Source: Thermoanaerobaculia bacterium
GTDB lineage: Bacteria > Acidobacteriota > Thermoanaerobaculia > Gp7-AA8
DNA length: 64,000 bases
Assembly: GCA_035629395.1 (NCBI GenBank)
Contig: DASPHZ010000030.1
Span: forward strand, 25,440 to 89,439
Direction: 5' to 3'
The position numbers and the translations under genes are program-made. The first letter of the stretch is position 1; each line of letters begins with the position of its first letter. Shown piece by piece: positions 26,387 to 38,200 of the stretch. The notes under the pieces are model-generated. The model searched no databases. It was not told the origin of the DNA and saw only the letters and a list, made by a program, of their open reading frames with translations.

Positions 26387-29173
26387 ATGTCGCCGCAAAC
26401 CCGCCTCCTGACGCTCTTTGCCATCACCCTCGCTGTCGTCGGCGCAGGGTTCGGCTACACGGCCGGGCGCGCGCACAAGTGGCACCAGCGTGGCTGGGTG
26501 GGGATCGCGTTCTATCCGGCGGTGCTGAACGATGCGCCGGCCACCGAGAAGGCGAAGCCTCCGTTCGGGATCGACCCGAAGAAGACTGCCGGCGAGGTGA
26601 TGTTCGGCTACGCTGCGGTGCCCGCGGCGCTGCTGCAGCCGAAGGACCGCATCGTCGCCGTCGAAGGAATCCCGATCGAGAAGACGTTCGAGCTGCGCGC
26701 CCTCGACCGGCGCATCCGCAAAGGCGACTCGGTCACGTACACGATCGACCGCGCCGGCAGACAGCTCGACGTGGAACTGCCGGTCGTCTCGCCCCTTCGC
26801 TCCGGTTACATCGTCCTGCGGATGGTGATCGCGGTCCTCGTCGCGCTCGTGTTCATCGCCGTGGCGATCGCCGTCGTGATGCGGCGCCCCGAGGACCGGC
26901 GGGTCGTGGTTTTCTACGCTTTTGCGCTCGTTTCGGCGATGGCGCTGCTGGGGAAGGCCGCCACAGGATTCGAGATCGCCGGAGGGCGGGGCATCGAGCC
27001 GGCGTTCGGCGTCGGCGGCGTGGGGCCGCTGCTCTTCTTCGTCTTCACCATCCTCTACGCGCCGCTGATCCTTCATTTCGCACTGATCTTTCCGCGCGAG
27101 CGTCCGCTCGTGCAGAAGCATCCGCACACCGTGCGTTGGGTGTACGCGGGCGCGCTGCTTTCCGGCCTGCTGTGTTTCAGCCTTTTCGTGCTGCTCTTTC
27201 GGTTCCTCGAAAACACCGGTGACGCGCAGCGCGCCGCGTACCACCTCGGCAGGCTGATCTCGACCTCCACGCGCGCCGCTGCGATCGGCGGGCTGCTGCT
27301 CGCGCTCAGCGTTTTGTGGGCCGGACGCCGCGAAGGCGTGAGCCGCGCGTTCGCACGACGGCCGCTCCGCGCCGCGATCTCCCTTTTCGCGGTCTTCCTC
27401 GGCACGACCACGGTGATCGCGAATCTCGGCTCGTCGAAGCTCGGGTTCATCGCCGGCGTCGCGCTCGTCGGCGTGCCGCTGCTCTTTCTGGCGATCTATC
27501 CGGTCCTCGCCGTCATCGCGCTCGTGCGCAGCTATCGTGAGGCGGGCGTCGAGGAAAAACGCCAGGTCCAGTGGCCGGTGTGGGGCCTCTCCATCGCACT
27601 CGCGGCACGCATTCTCTGCTCGGGGACGACCCTGGGTCTCACCGTCGGACTGCAGACGCTCGACATCTCGATGTTCGGCTACTGGCGCCTCTTCCAGACG
27701 CTCGACATCGCGCCGACGCTGGTCTCGCTGATCGTGCCGCTGTCGTTCGCGGCGGCGATCCTCAAGTACCGGCTGATGAACATCGACGTCATCATCCGCA
27801 AGACCGTCGTCTACGCGATCCTCAGCACGGCCATCCTCGTCTTCTACCTCGCGCTCGTGGGCGGACTGGGCACGCTGCTCATCACCGTGGCGCACGTGGA
27901 GAACCAGACGCTCGTCATCGCCTCGACACTCGTCGTCGCGCTGCTGTTCGTGCCGGTTCGTAACAAGCTGCAGACGCTCGTCGACCGCAACCTCTTCCGC
28001 CACAAGTACGACTATCCGGAGGCGCTGCGTGCCCTCTCGAACGACGCCCGCATGGCCACCGATACGGGAGAATTTCTCCGCTCCGCCGCGGAGAAACTGC
28101 AGCAGGCGCTGCAGAACCGCGCGGTGGTGATCTTCCTCGAGCGCCAGGAGGACTTCGTCGCCGCCGGAAAAGTCGGCGTCTCGGACACGCTCCTCGGGCG
28201 GCTCCGCGTGCCGCAGCACTTCGCCGACATGCTCGACCGTCCGTTCGATCCGCGCCGCCGCAATCTGCCCGAGGCGGCGACGGCGGCGCTGGCCCGCATC
28301 GAGGCCGTCCTCGTCGTACCGGCGGGACATCGCGCGTTCATCGCCGTCGCGCCGAAGCTCACCGGCGGTGAGCTCGACGTCGAAGACATCGACTTTCTGC
28401 AATCGGCCGCGGAAGCGATCGACATGGCGCTCGACCGCATCCGCATGCAGGTCGAAGAGGCGGACTTTGCGCAGGCGCGCGCGATCCAGCAGACGCTCCT
28501 CCCGCGTGAGATTCCGCAGCTCGAACGCCTCGACATCGCCGGCGTGTGGCTCCCCGCCCGGGCCATGGCCGGCGACTACTACGACGTGCTCAAGCTCGGC
28601 GAGAGCGAGCTGGCGTTCTGCATCGGCGACGTGGCCGGCAAAGGGATGCCCGCGGCGCTGCTGATGTCGGGATTGCAGGCGGCGGTGCGCGCGTCGGCGA
28701 GCAGCTCGCCGCGCGATCTGTGCGAGCGCGTACGCCGCGTCGTCGTCTCCAGTCTCTCCGGCGGCCGCTTCGTCACCTTCTTCTACGCAACGATCGACAC
28801 CGCGTCGATGAAGCTGCGCTGGTGCAACGCCGGACACAACGCGCCCGTGCTCGCCCGCGCGGACGGTTCGATCGTGCGCCTCAGCGAAGGGGGACCGGCG
28901 TTCTCGCGCCTCTTCCGCGACGGGCGTTACGAGGAGCGCGAGGTCGACATCGCCGCGGGCGACCGGCTCGTGCTCTTCACGGACGGCGTGTCCGAGGCGC
29001 AGGATGCGAGCGGCGAGCTGTTCGGGGAACAGCGGATCGAGGAGCTCGTGGCGGACAGCCGCGACCTCGACGCGAACAGCCTGCAGCACACGATCGTCGA
29101 CGCCTCGACGTCCTTCGGCGGTGGCGAGCTCGAGGACGACGTCACGCTCGTGGTCGTCCGCGTCCTCCAATAG
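26387..29173 (+). CDS. Membrane sensor PP2C/SpoIIE-family Ser/Thr phosphatase with periplasmic PDZ-like domain and multi-TM region
   Basis: PDZ-like (RIVAVEGIPIEKTFEL), about 8 TM helices, C-terminal PPM fold (CIGDVAGKGMPAALLM...FTDGVSEA...DDVTLVVVRV). Confidence 0.8.
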   Translation: MSPQTRLLTLFAITLAVVGAGFGYTAGRAHKWHQRGWVGIAFYPAVLNDAPATEKAKPPFGIDPKKTAGEVMFGYAAVPAALLQPKDRIVAVEGIPIEKTFELRALDRRIRKGDSVTYTIDRAGRQLDVELPVVSPLRSGYIVLRMVIAVLVALVFIAVAIAVVMRRPEDRRVVVFYAFALVSAMALLGKAATGFEIAGGRGIEPAFGVGGVGPLLFFVFTILYAPLILHFALIFPRERPLVQKHPHTVRWVYAGALLSGLLCFSLFVLLFRFLENTGDAQRAAYHLGRLISTSTRAAAIGGLLLALSVLWAGRREGVSRAFARRPLRAAISLFAVFLGTTTVIANLGSSKLGFIAGVALVGVPLLFLAIYPVLAVIALVRSYREAGVEEKRQVQWPVWGLSIALAARILCSGTTLGLTVGLQTLDISMFGYWRLFQTLDIAPTLVSLIVPLSFAAAILKYRLMNIDVIIRKTVVYAILSTAILVFYLALVGGLGTLLITVAHVENQTLVIASTLVVALLFVPVRNKLQTLVDRNLFRHKYDYPEALRALSNDARMATDTGEFLRSAAEKLQQALQNRAVVIFLERQEDFVAAGKVGVSDTLLGRLRVPQHFADMLDRPFDPRRRNLPEAATAALARIEAVLVVPAGHRAFIAVAPKLTGGELDVEDIDFLQSAAEAIDMALDRIRMQVEEADFAQARAIQQTLLPREIPQLERLDIAGVWLPARAMAGDYYDVLKLGESELAFCIGDVAGKGMPAALLMSGLQAAVRASASSSPRDLCERVRRVVVSSLSGGRFVTFFYATIDTASMKLRWCNAGHNAPVLARADGSIVRLSEGGPAFSRLFRDGRYEEREVDIAAGDRLVLFTDGVSEAQDASGELFGEQRIEELVADSRDLDANSLQHTIVDASTSFGGGELEDDVTLVVVRVLQ

Positions 29174-29208
29174 TGTTATCCTGACTTACACACGTCCGGA
29201 GACCTCTC

Positions 29209-29655
29209 ATGCGGAAACTCTGCTGCATCACGCTGCTCGTCGTCGTATTCGCCACCACCTTCGCTTTCGCGAAGCCGACCAGCTCCACGGGAGAGGTCGT
29301 GGTGCGCAGCATCGACGACAACCGCATCGCGGTGTTTCTCGACACGAACGGCGACCACCTCGTCGACCAGGGATTCCTCCTGACCACGGACATCCCCGTG
29401 CACAGCCGCTACGCCGTCCATCTCCGCGAGGCGCGCCTCTCGTTCACGGACGGTTACGTGCGCGTGACCAGCGCGAACAAGGTGTACGACCTTCAGGTCG
29501 CCGGCTACCCCGACCCCCCCGCCGCGCCGAAAGACAGCGTGGTCGTGACGTTGATCGGCTCCGCGCTGCACCACAGCAAGGGCGACAGCGGCTGCGACAT
29601 CCAGCGCGCGCACGAGAAAGACGCCGGCGCGTGCTTCTCGTACGGCAAGCAGTAG
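29209..29655 (+). CDS. Secreted hypothetical protein
   Basis: Signal peptide MRKLCCITLLVVVFATTFAFA; no motif. Confidence 0.55.
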   Translation: MRKLCCITLLVVVFATTFAFAKPTSSTGEVVVRSIDDNRIAVFLDTNGDHLVDQGFLLTTDIPVHSRYAVHLREARLSFTDGYVRVTSANKVYDLQVAGYPDPPAAPKDSVVVTLIGSALHHSKGDSGCDIQRAHEKDAGACFSYGKQ

Positions 29656-29749
29656 CCGGATCGGGCGCCGGGCTCCCGCGAATCGGTCGCGACAAAACCG
29701 TCGCTGGACTACATCGGCGTTTCGAAACGTTCCCACGGCTGTCTTCGTA

Positions 29750-30430
29750 TTGAGAACAGCCATGGCACTTGACAAGAAGAAGGTCCTGAACGAGATCCGG
29801 GTGTTCCTGCTGATGATCCTGATCGTCAGCTCGCTGCGGTCGGCGCTCGCCGACTGGAACGACGTCCCCACGGGCTCGATGAAGCCCACCATCCAGGAAG
29901 GCGACCGCGTGGTCGTCAACAAGCTCGCCTACGACCTCAAGGTCCCCTTCACCACGATCAAGATCTTCGGGTGGGGCGATCCGGATCGCGGCGACATCGT
30001 CGTCCTCTTCTCGCCCGTCGACGGCATCCGCCTCGTCAAGCGCGTCGTGGCCATTCCGGGCGACCAGGTCGAGCTCCGCGAGAACCAGCTCTACATCAAC
30101 GGCAAGCTGGCCGAGCAGTCGCTGATCGCGACCCAGCAGCTCGCCGACTACGGCCGCGCGTACGTGATGGCCGAGAACCTCGCCGGGCACAGCCATCAGA
30201 TGATGGTCACGCCGGACATCTCGGCCACACGCTCGTTCGGCCCCGTGGTCGTCCCCGCCGGCAATTACTTCGTCCTCGGCGACAACCGCGACAACAGCAA
30301 CGACAGCCGCTTCATCGGCTTCATCGAGCGCCGCCGGATCGTCGGCAAGGCCGTGGCCGTCGCGTTCTCGCTCGACCGTTCCAACTATTTCGTCCCACGC
30401 TTCGACCGATTCTTCGAAGGGCTCGAGTAG
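29750..30430 (+). CDS. lepB: Signal peptidase I
   Basis: Catalytic Ser box GSMKPT, Lys box VKRVVAIPGD, and GDNRDNSNDSR. Confidence 0.85.
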   Translation: MRTAMALDKKKVLNEIRVFLLMILIVSSLRSALADWNDVPTGSMKPTIQEGDRVVVNKLAYDLKVPFTTIKIFGWGDPDRGDIVVLFSPVDGIRLVKRVVAIPGDQVELRENQLYINGKLAEQSLIATQQLADYGRAYVMAENLAGHSHQMMVTPDISATRSFGPVVVPAGNYFVLGDNRDNSNDSRFIGFIERRRIVGKAVAVAFSLDRSNYFVPRFDRFFEGLE

Positions 30431-30457
30431 CCCGACCCGACTCCTGGAGGAACCTTC

Positions 30458-30925
30458 ATGCGGAAAGCAGTCGCCACCGCCATCGCCCTGACGATGGCCA
30501 CCATCGCCAGCGCGCAGTACAAGCCGAAGCCGAAACCGGCGCCCGGGCAGACCTCGCCGGTCGTCGTCTCCGGCGCGCGCAGCACGAGCGGCGCGCCGAT
30601 GTTCTCGCGCATCAGCCAGGCCGACGCGTACAAGCTCTACAAGGAAGGCAAAGCCGTATTCGTCGACGTGCGCTCGCAGACGCAGTTCGAGCTCGGCCAC
30701 ATCAAGGGTGCGATGAGCATCCCGGGCAGCCAGCTCATCAAGCGCTTCGCGGAAGTGCCGCCGCGCAAAACCGTCATCACCTACTGCGCCTGCTCGGCCG
30801 AGCAGTCGAGCGGCCGCGCGGCATCCGACCTCGCCGCGCACGGCGTGAAGAACGTCTTCGCGCTCAAGGGTGGCTGGAGCGAGTGGAAAGCGAACAAATA
30901 TCCGGCGCAGGCCGGGCCGAAGTAG
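30458..30925 (+). CDS. Secreted rhodanese-domain protein
   Basis: Signal peptide; rhodanese active-site loop CACSAEQSSGRA. Confidence 0.75.
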   Translation: MRKAVATAIALTMATIASAQYKPKPKPAPGQTSPVVVSGARSTSGAPMFSRISQADAYKLYKEGKAVFVDVRSQTQFELGHIKGAMSIPGSQLIKRFAEVPPRKTVITYCACSAEQSSGRAASDLAAHGVKNVFALKGGWSEWKANKYPAQAGPK

Positions 30926-30953
30926 GCGGCGCGCGCCGCAGGGCAGAGGGTAG

Positions 30954-32339
<1,386 letters not shown>

Positions 32340-32343
32340 GGAA

Positions 32344-32808
32344 TTGACAACCGCGCCCGCCTTGGTCAAGATGTTGACCATGGCGGGCGAACGCGACCTG
32401 GTCTCCGGCGTCATTCAGCTCGCGAACCTTCTCACGCGGCGCCTCGCGCCGGTGTTCGAGAAAGCGAAGATCACCCCTCAGCAATGGTCCGTGCTGTCTG
32501 CGCTCTCCGAGGCGGACGCTCCGGTCACCCTCGTCGCTTTGTCGCGCCGTCTCGCCGTCACGAAGCAGAACATGACCGGCATGATCACGCGCCTCGAACA
32601 GCTCGGCGTCGCCGAGCGTCAGGGCGATCCGAACGACCTGCGGTCGTCGCGCGTCTCCCTCACGCGCCGCGGGAAAACGCTCGTCGACAAAGTGCGCCCC
32701 GCGTACGACGAGTGGGTGCAGTCGCTCGCGACCGGCGACGTCTCCGAGCGCGACCTGCAGACGCTCACGCGGACCGTGGAGCGGTTGATCGGGCAGCTGG
32801 AGGGGTAA
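32344..32808 (+). CDS. MarR-family transcriptional regulator
   Basis: Winged-HTH (ITPQQWSVLSALSE...LVALSRRLAVTKQNMTGMITRLEQLGV). Confidence 0.8.
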   Translation: MTTAPALVKMLTMAGERDLVSGVIQLANLLTRRLAPVFEKAKITPQQWSVLSALSEADAPVTLVALSRRLAVTKQNMTGMITRLEQLGVAERQGDPNDLRSSRVSLTRRGKTLVDKVRPAYDEWVQSLATGDVSERDLQTLTRTVERLIGQLEG

Positions 32809-32926
32809 ACACCCCTTCACCGCGATCTTCGAAGAAGCGCCCGAAGGCGCTACACCGCATTCATCGAAGAACTGCCCTGATTGGCGAGACCATCACGGTC
32901 TTCGAATGGGCCATCGCGCTGCCGGA

Positions 32927-34117
32927 TCAGCCGGCGAGGACGCCGGCGTTCCGCAACGCGACGACGCGGTTGCGGCCGAGCTCTTTCGCTTCGTAGAGGC
33001 GGGCGTCCGCGGTTTTGAAAAGTGCTTCGCGGTCGCGGGCGTCGTGGGGGTAGAGGGCGGCGCCGATGCTCACGGTGACGCGCGCACCGTCCGGTGGGGC
33101 GGGGAGGGATTCGATGTTCGTGCGAATGCGTTCGGCGATCACGATGAGTGCGCTCGCGTCGACCTGCGGGACGATCACCGCGAATTCTTCGCCGCCGTAG
33201 CGCGCGGGGAAATCGACGGCGCGCACGGTCTCGCGAATGGTGAGCGCCACGCGGCGCAAGGCCTCGTTGCCGGCAGCGTGACCGAACGTGTCGTTGTATT
33301 TCTTGAAGCGATCGAGATCCATGACCAGAACGCCGAACGATTCCGGATAGCGGTCCGCGCGCTCGAGCTCCGCGTCGATCCGCTCGCGGAACGCGCGAAA
33401 GTTCGGAAGGTTCGTGAGCTCGTCGGTGCGCGCGCGTGCCTTCAGTTCATCGGCCATGCGGTTGAACGCGATCCCGAGCGTGGCGATCTCGTGATCGCCG
33501 GCGACGGGTGCACGCGCGCTGAGGTCACCCGCGGCAATGCGGTCCGCGGCCGCGGAGAGCTCTTCGATCGGATGCACGACTTTGCGCAGCGTCGTCTGCA
33601 CCGCGGCGAAGGAGAGCAGCACGAGGATCCACGCCACCGCCAGTCCGCTCGACATCATCGCGCTGGTCTCGCGTTCGAGCGCGGGCAGTTGCTGCGCGAT
33701 CTCTTTTTTGCGTGCGTCGATGATCTGCTGCGCATCCGCCACGACCGCAAGCGAAGTCGCGTCGACATCCGTGCGCCGCGGCGACGTTTCGGAGATGACG
33801 GTCCGGAACGCGTTCATGCGCGCCTGCACGATGCCGAGATCGACGCCGGTCAGCGAGTCATCGCGCAGCAATTGCGCGACGAGGCGATAGCGCGTGGCGG
33901 TTTCCTGTCCTGCGACATAGCGCGCGTGAAAGCCGTTCTGCGCGCGGATCAGCTCTTCCAGTCCGGACACCACCCGCGACTCGACGGCGATGAGTCGCGT
34001 CCAGCGCGCCTGCGCCTGTTTCGCGCGCCAGCTCAAGCCGAAGGCGATGGCGAACAGCGCTACCGCGAACGCTCCGGTGAGGAGCAGGACTCGCGTTCGC
34101 AGATGCCGTCGCCGCAC
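32927..34117 (-). CDS. Membrane sensor diguanylate cyclase (TM - HAMP - GGDEF)
   Basis: HAMP (IEELSAAADRIAAGDLSARA) and GGDEF active site RYGGEEF. Confidence 0.85.
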   Translation of the reverse strand: MRRRHLRTRVLLLTGAFAVALFAIAFGLSWRAKQAQARWTRLIAVESRVVSGLEELIRAQNGFHARYVAGQETATRYRLVAQLLRDDSLTGVDLGIVQARMNAFRTVISETSPRRTDVDATSLAVVADAQQIIDARKKEIAQQLPALERETSAMMSSGLAVAWILVLLSFAAVQTTLRKVVHPIEELSAAADRIAAGDLSARAPVAGDHEIATLGIAFNRMADELKARARTDELTNLPNFRAFRERIDAELERADRYPESFGVLVMDLDRFKKYNDTFGHAAGNEALRRVALTIRETVRAVDFPARYGGEEFAVIVPQVDASALIVIAERIRTNIESLPAPPDGARVTVSIGAALYPHDARDREALFKTADARLYEAKELGRNRVVALRNAGVLAG

Positions 34118-34140
34118 GCGACGAGGATAATCGGCACGCG

Positions 34141-35184
34141 GTGGACTTGAAAGCGATCTACCTCACAACGCTCGAACGCTGCACACCGGAAGTGCTCGTG
34201 CAGAAATGCGTCGACGCGTCGATGCCGCGCAACGCCGTGGCCATCGGCAAGTGCGCGGGTGCATTGCTCGATGGCGTGGCGCGCGTGCATGCGATCGACA
34301 GCGCGTTCGTCGCCGTTCCGGAGGGATATCGCCTGCCGCGCACCGCTGCAGAACTGCACGTGGGCGGACATCCGCACATGACGAAAGCGTCCTTCGACGC
34401 GGGCCGCGCGTTGCTGCGCTTCGTGGAAGCGCATGCGGACATCCTCTTCCTCGTTTCAGGAGGCGGCAGCGCATGTGTCGAAGTCGCCTTGCGCGACGAA
34501 GACGAAACCGCGTCCGCCAACGCGAAGCTCATCGCCTCGGGACTGCCGATCGGCGCGATCAACGCGGAGCGACGCAAACACTCCGCGATCAAAGGCGGCA
34601 AGCTGCGCGAGCGCGTCCGCGGCCGCTGCGTCACGCTCGTTTACTCCGACGTCAGCACGGGTGCGCTGACCGACGTCGCCTCGGGTCCCACGATCACGAC
34701 GAACGAAGAAGCCACGCTCATCGCCGACAACACGACGCTCGTGCAGACCGCAAGGCAAATCATTGGTGACAAGGCCGTCGTGATCGAAGAGCAGATCGAG
34801 ATGGATGTGTTGGACGCCGCAGCGATGCTTGCGCGCCATGAAATCCGAAGCGGTCAGGTGCTGGTGGCAGGAGGAGAGCCGACCGTGCAGGTGCGAGGGA
34901 GGGGGAAGGGCGGGAGGTGCAGCGAGATGGCCGTGCGGTTTGCGCTCGAAAGCCGGTGTGAGGCGCTGTTCGGGAGCAGCGATGGCGTGGATGGGAACAG
35001 TGGCGTTGCGGGGTTCTGGATGCCGAGCCGGGCGGAGGCTGGCGGCCCGCTCGACCGTACGTTGGCGCTCCGGGCGCTCGCGCGGTCCGACTCCTACGCG
35101 ATCGCGGCGCAAATTGGTGAGCCGATTATGATTGCGCCGACAGGAAACAACCTGCGCGACCTCTTTCTCGTGGCTCGTGATTAG
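34141..35184 (+). CDS. Glycerate kinase-like protein (MOFRL/DUF4147 family)
   Basis: FLVSGGGSA...LVAGGEPTVQV motifs of glycerate 2-kinase (GckA/TtuD type); GTG start. Confidence 0.65.
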   Translation: MDLKAIYLTTLERCTPEVLVQKCVDASMPRNAVAIGKCAGALLDGVARVHAIDSAFVAVPEGYRLPRTAAELHVGGHPHMTKASFDAGRALLRFVEAHADILFLVSGGGSACVEVALRDEDETASANAKLIASGLPIGAINAERRKHSAIKGGKLRERVRGRCVTLVYSDVSTGALTDVASGPTITTNEEATLIADNTTLVQTARQIIGDKAVVIEEQIEMDVLDAAAMLARHEIRSGQVLVAGGEPTVQVRGRGKGGRCSEMAVRFALESRCEALFGSSDGVDGNSGVAGFWMPSRAEAGGPLDRTLALRALARSDSYAIAAQIGEPIMIAPTGNNLRDLFLVARD

Positions 35185-35216
35185 CAAGCAGGCGCCACGG
35201 TAGTCGCACGCGACGC

Positions 35217-38200
35217 ATGAACGTCTCCGATCCCGCAGATCCGCTGTTGCCGGCTCCTCGCCGAGGACGGCGGAGGACTGCTCGGGAGCGGCAGCGCAAA
35301 GGCCCGATGTTCGGCTGCATCAAGGGCCTCATCTGGGTCTTCGGCGTCGGCTTTCTCGTGCTCCTCATCGGCATCGGCACGGGCTGGTTTCTCCTCGGCT
35401 CGACGAACTTCGCCGATTACGTCCGCAAGCGCATCGAGACCACACTCGAAACCCGTCTCGGACGTGAAGTCACGATCGGAAAAGTGATCTTCGTCCGCAC
35501 GCGCCCGCAGAAGATCATCCTCCAGAATCTGCGCATCGCGAACGCGCCCGGCGGTGCGGCGCCGCAGTTCGCACTCGTGCGCGAAGTCGAGCTCACCGGC
35601 GGCATCCAGTCGTTCTGGGGACGCGCGGTGCAGATCGATCGCATCGACATCCGCGATCCGCAGGTGTGGTTCGAGCTCCTTCCGAACGGTGAGCACAACT
35701 TCCCGAAGTGGAAGACGGGGCCGAAGCGCCGCTTCGAGATCGTGCGCGTCGACTTCCGTCATCTCTTCATCCGCGGCGGCGCGTTCAGCTTCAACGATCG
35801 CAAACACGAGATCGTCGCGGTCGCGCAGAAGATCGCTTCAGACATCACCGTCACTCGCGCCGAGGGGTTGTACGCGGGCCTCATGACCAGCCCGAACGTG
35901 CGCGTGAGCATCCAGGACTACCAGCCGTTCGACGTCACGATGCGCGGCGGCTTCCGCTACACGCCGGGCGTGCTCGCGCTGCAATCGATCGCGCTCGAAG
36001 GCCGCGGCATCCAGGCCTTCCTCACCGGCAAGCTCGATCCGCTCACCGAAGCCGTGTACGACCTCGGACTGCGGGCGCGCCTCGACCTCCCGCGCGTGAA
36101 AGAGATCTTCGCGGTCGAGCCCGTGCTCGAAGGGACGATCGCGCTCGACACGCGCCTCAAAGGAAAGGCCGGCGACTTTACGCTCGCGGGGGGCTGGACG
36201 GCGCCGAAGCTCGTCGCCGACGCGTACGAGCTCGCGAACGCGCGCGGCACGTTGAGCGTTACCGCCGACAACCTCACCATGGACGTGCAGCGCGCCGAAT
36301 ACGGCGGCGGCACGATCGGCGCGAACTACGTCCTCGCAAAGTACGCCGAGCCGTATCCGATGCGCGTCGATCTGCGCTACTACGGCATCTCCATCGAACA
36401 GCTCTTCAGCGACTGGGGCGTCGAAGGGACGGGCCTGCGCGCCGCGGCGACGGGCAATCTCGAGTACCGCTGGAACAAAGAGAAGATCCTCGAAGGCGCC
36501 GGCGAAGGCACCGCGCGGCTGGCGAAGAACGCGGTGGCGTTCTCGAATGCGCGCTACCCGATCGGCGTCACCGGCTCCACGGACTTTGCGCTGAACAACG
36601 GCGTCGTCACGTTCCGCCGCGCGGAGCTCGACACCGACGCGTCGCACATCAGCCTCACCGGCAACCTGAAGATCGAGGACGTCGTCACGGACCTGCGCAT
36701 GGCGATCCGCAGCACCGACTTTGCGGAGCTCGATCGCCTCGCGTTCAACTTCGCGCAATCCGCGGGCAAGAACGATTTCGAGCTGCTCGGATTCGGCGGC
36801 GCGGGCACGATCACCGGCACCGTCAAAGGTCCGATCGAAACGCCGCAGGTCGTCGCTCAGGTGAACGGCTCGCAGGTGCGCTACAGCGAAGTGCTCCTCG
36901 GCGACGCCGACATCGCGCTGCGCTACGACGGCAATCGTTCCACGCTCACGTTCGATCGCGCGATTTTCGTCGACGCCGGCGGACGCCTCACGCTCACCGG
37001 CACGATCGAGTTCCCCGATCGCGGACCCGGTCCCGTGTTCGACATCGCCGTCGAAGCGAACGGCTATCCCGCGCAGCGCGCGATCGACGCGGTCGGACTC
37101 GATCTGAAGATCGGACCGGGCCTGGCGACGGGACGGATGGTCGTCGCCGGCACACCGGAGCAGGGACGCGCGACGTTCGCGGGACTCACCGTCCGCCGCA
37201 ACGACGCCACGCTCGCACTCAACGGCACCATCAACTGGCTGCCGGGCGAAGGCAACGTCGCGTTCGACCTCGACATCGCCGCGACGAACTTCCCCGTGGC
37301 CGACATCGCCGCGTTCCTCGACTTTGCGGACATCCCCATCACGGGCGATCTCACCGGCACGCTGAAGATCGCGGGCCGCAAGGAATCGCTCGAAGGCTCC
37401 GGACGCGTGACCATCGCGCGCGGCGCGGTGATGGGTGAGCCGGTCGATCTCGCGTCGGCGGACATCGTCTTCAGCGAGGGACGCATGCGTGCGACGAATG
37501 TGCTCGTGCGCGCGGCGGCGGGCGAGGTCCGCGGCGAAGCGGAGATCGATCTCGCGAACGAGCGTTTCAGCTACACGATCTCCTCGGCCGCGCTCGATCT
37601 GTCGCGCCTGCAGTTGCTGCAGGGCATGCAGGACCTCTTCGGCGGACGACTCGTGCTCCGCTCGACCGGCGCCGGCACGTTCGAACAGCCGGAGCTCGTG
37701 ATCGAAGCGACGCTGGAAGAAGGGACGCTGCGCGGACTGACGCTGCCCGCGGGCTCCGCGCCGCCGTCGCTCTATCTCGCCATCCGCAACGGTCGCCTGA
37801 TCATCCGCGGCTCCGTCGCGGACATCGTCTCCATCGAAGGCGAAGGGCTCGTCGGCGAGAACCTCGCGGTCGACGGCAACGTGCGCATCGTCATCGCCGA
37901 CATCGCGGGCGCCATGGCCATGGCGCCCGCAACCGCTTCGTTCCCCGCATCCGGCAACATGACGATCGACGTGCGCCTCGGCGGCAGGCTCACGCCGATC
38001 GAAGCGCTCGTCGCCGAAGTCACCGCACCCGTCTTCAACCTTCGCTTTGCCGATCACGAGCTCACGCCCGCGGAGCCGCTGCGCATCTCGCTGCGCAACG
38101 GACGGCTGTCATTCGACTCTTTCGTCGTGCGCCGTCCCGACTCCGAGTTCGCCGTCACCGGCTTCGCGGAGATCACCGGCAACAAACAACTCGACGTCGA